Source of the DNA: the human T2T-CHM13v2.0 reference genome, Homo sapiens
NCBI RefSeq assembly: GCF_009914755.1
Contig: NC_060932.1
Length of the DNA stretch: 64,000 nt
Reading direction: 5' to 3' (one strand)
The notes beneath the pieces were generated by a model, which ran no database searches, was not told the origin of the DNA, and worked only from the letters and a program-made list of their open reading frames with translations. Made by a program: the position numbers and the translations under genes. The stretch's first letter is position 1, and every line of letters starts with the position of its first letter. Below are positions 62,421 through 64,000 of this stretch, piece by piece.

Positions 62421-63485
62421 GAGTAGCCATTCTTACATCAGATAAAATAGACTTTAAACTGACAATAGTAAAGAAAGAAAGAAGCAAAATGAAAGGCATT
62501 ATATACTGACGAAGTTTAAAACAAAACCAAGAATTAATTTTATACACACCCAACACTGGAGCACCCAGATTCATAAAACAACACCTACACCTAAGAAGAG
62601 ATTGACAGCAATGCAATAATAGTGGTGGACTTCAACACCCCACTGAAAACACTAGATAGGTCATTGAGGCAGAAAGTCAACAAAGAAACTCTGGACTTAA
62701 ACTAGAATCTAGACCAAATGGACCTAACAGACATTTACAGATCATTCTACCCACAACTGCAGAATATACGTTTTTCTCATCTGAACATGGAACATTCCCC
62801 CAAATTGACCACATGCTTGGCTAAAATGCAAAATCTCAATAAATTAAAAAAAATCAAAAATATCAAGTATCTTCTCAGACCACAGTGGAATAAAATTACA
62901 AATCAATATCAAGAGGAACTCTCAAAACTACATGAGCAAATGGAAACTGAACAACTTGATCCTGAATGACTTTTGGCTAAGCAATAAAATCAAGACAAAT
63001 AAAAAAAAGAATGAAAATAGAGATACAACATACCAAAACCTCTTGGATACAGCAAAAGCAATGCTAAGAGTAAAGTTTATTGCATTGCATGCCTACATCA
63101 AAAAGAGAGATCTCAAATTAACAACCTACTTTGGATTGAACAAAGAAAATGTAGTCACAAAAAAGAACAAAATAGTCTTGTGCAGCAACATGACTGCAGT
63201 TGGAAGCCATTATCCTAAGTGAAATAACTTAGAAACAGACAAATACCATATCCTCTCACTTGTAAGTGGGAACTAAACAATGGGAACACATGGACATAAA
63301 GAAGGAAATAATAGAAACTGGGAATTCCAAAAGAGCGGAGGCTAGGAGGGAAGCGAGGGTTGAAAAATTACCTATTGGGTACAACGGTTACTACTCGGGT
63401 AATGGGTACACTAGAAGTCCAAACCCAACTGTTAGGTAACATATCAATGTAAAAACCCGCAGACCTACCCACCCCTTGAATCTAA

Positions 63486-63855
<370 letters not shown>

Positions 63856-64000
63856 TTACTTAAAATAAGAAAATGCAGGAAAAGCACTTATGGTACCAAG
63901 AATGTACTAAGCACTCAATAAGTGAACATCAGAATCAACATCATCATTATTGAAAAAGCAAGCTTGGATTTTCTCAAAAAAAAAAAAAACCTATGGTTAC

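Overview
Primate, most likely human, genomic DNA that is AT-rich and dense in Alu and L1 repeats. It contains the 3' part of TAF2 (TFIID subunit 2) on the minus strand. I spliced eight coding exons by hand: 53298-53491, 51482-51621, 48956-49025, 46889-46998, 37588-37817, 35167-35272, 33413-33535 and 22800-23062. All have GT-AG boundaries and compatible phases. Together they give 1236 nt, or 411 aa plus stop, ending in the His/Lys-rich tail ...HHHHHHHEHKKKKKKHKHKHKHKHKHDS...SPSLSD*. A ~1.1 kb 3'UTR follows, with AATAAA at 21666-21671. Bases 1-21.6 kb are downstream intergenic sequence holding an old fragmented L1, a tailless 7SK retrocopy, MER4A and MER41A solo LTRs, an MLT1 LTR, a MADE1 element and many Alus. 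An L1PB-like element with an internal deletion lies at 58.1-63.5 kb. Almost all ORFs in the supplied track are Alu or L1 artefacts. I found no new multi-gene system. The best leads are TAF2 splice variants: (1) a clean in-frame 156-nt cassette exon (35760-35915), absent from the canonical protein as I recall it, that would add a KVKLKIRF motif resembling ET-domain-binding peptides; (2) three upstream in-frame acceptors for the last exon. Repeat subfamily names come from recalled consensus sequences, and repeat boundaries are approximate unless a target-site duplication (TSD) is given.
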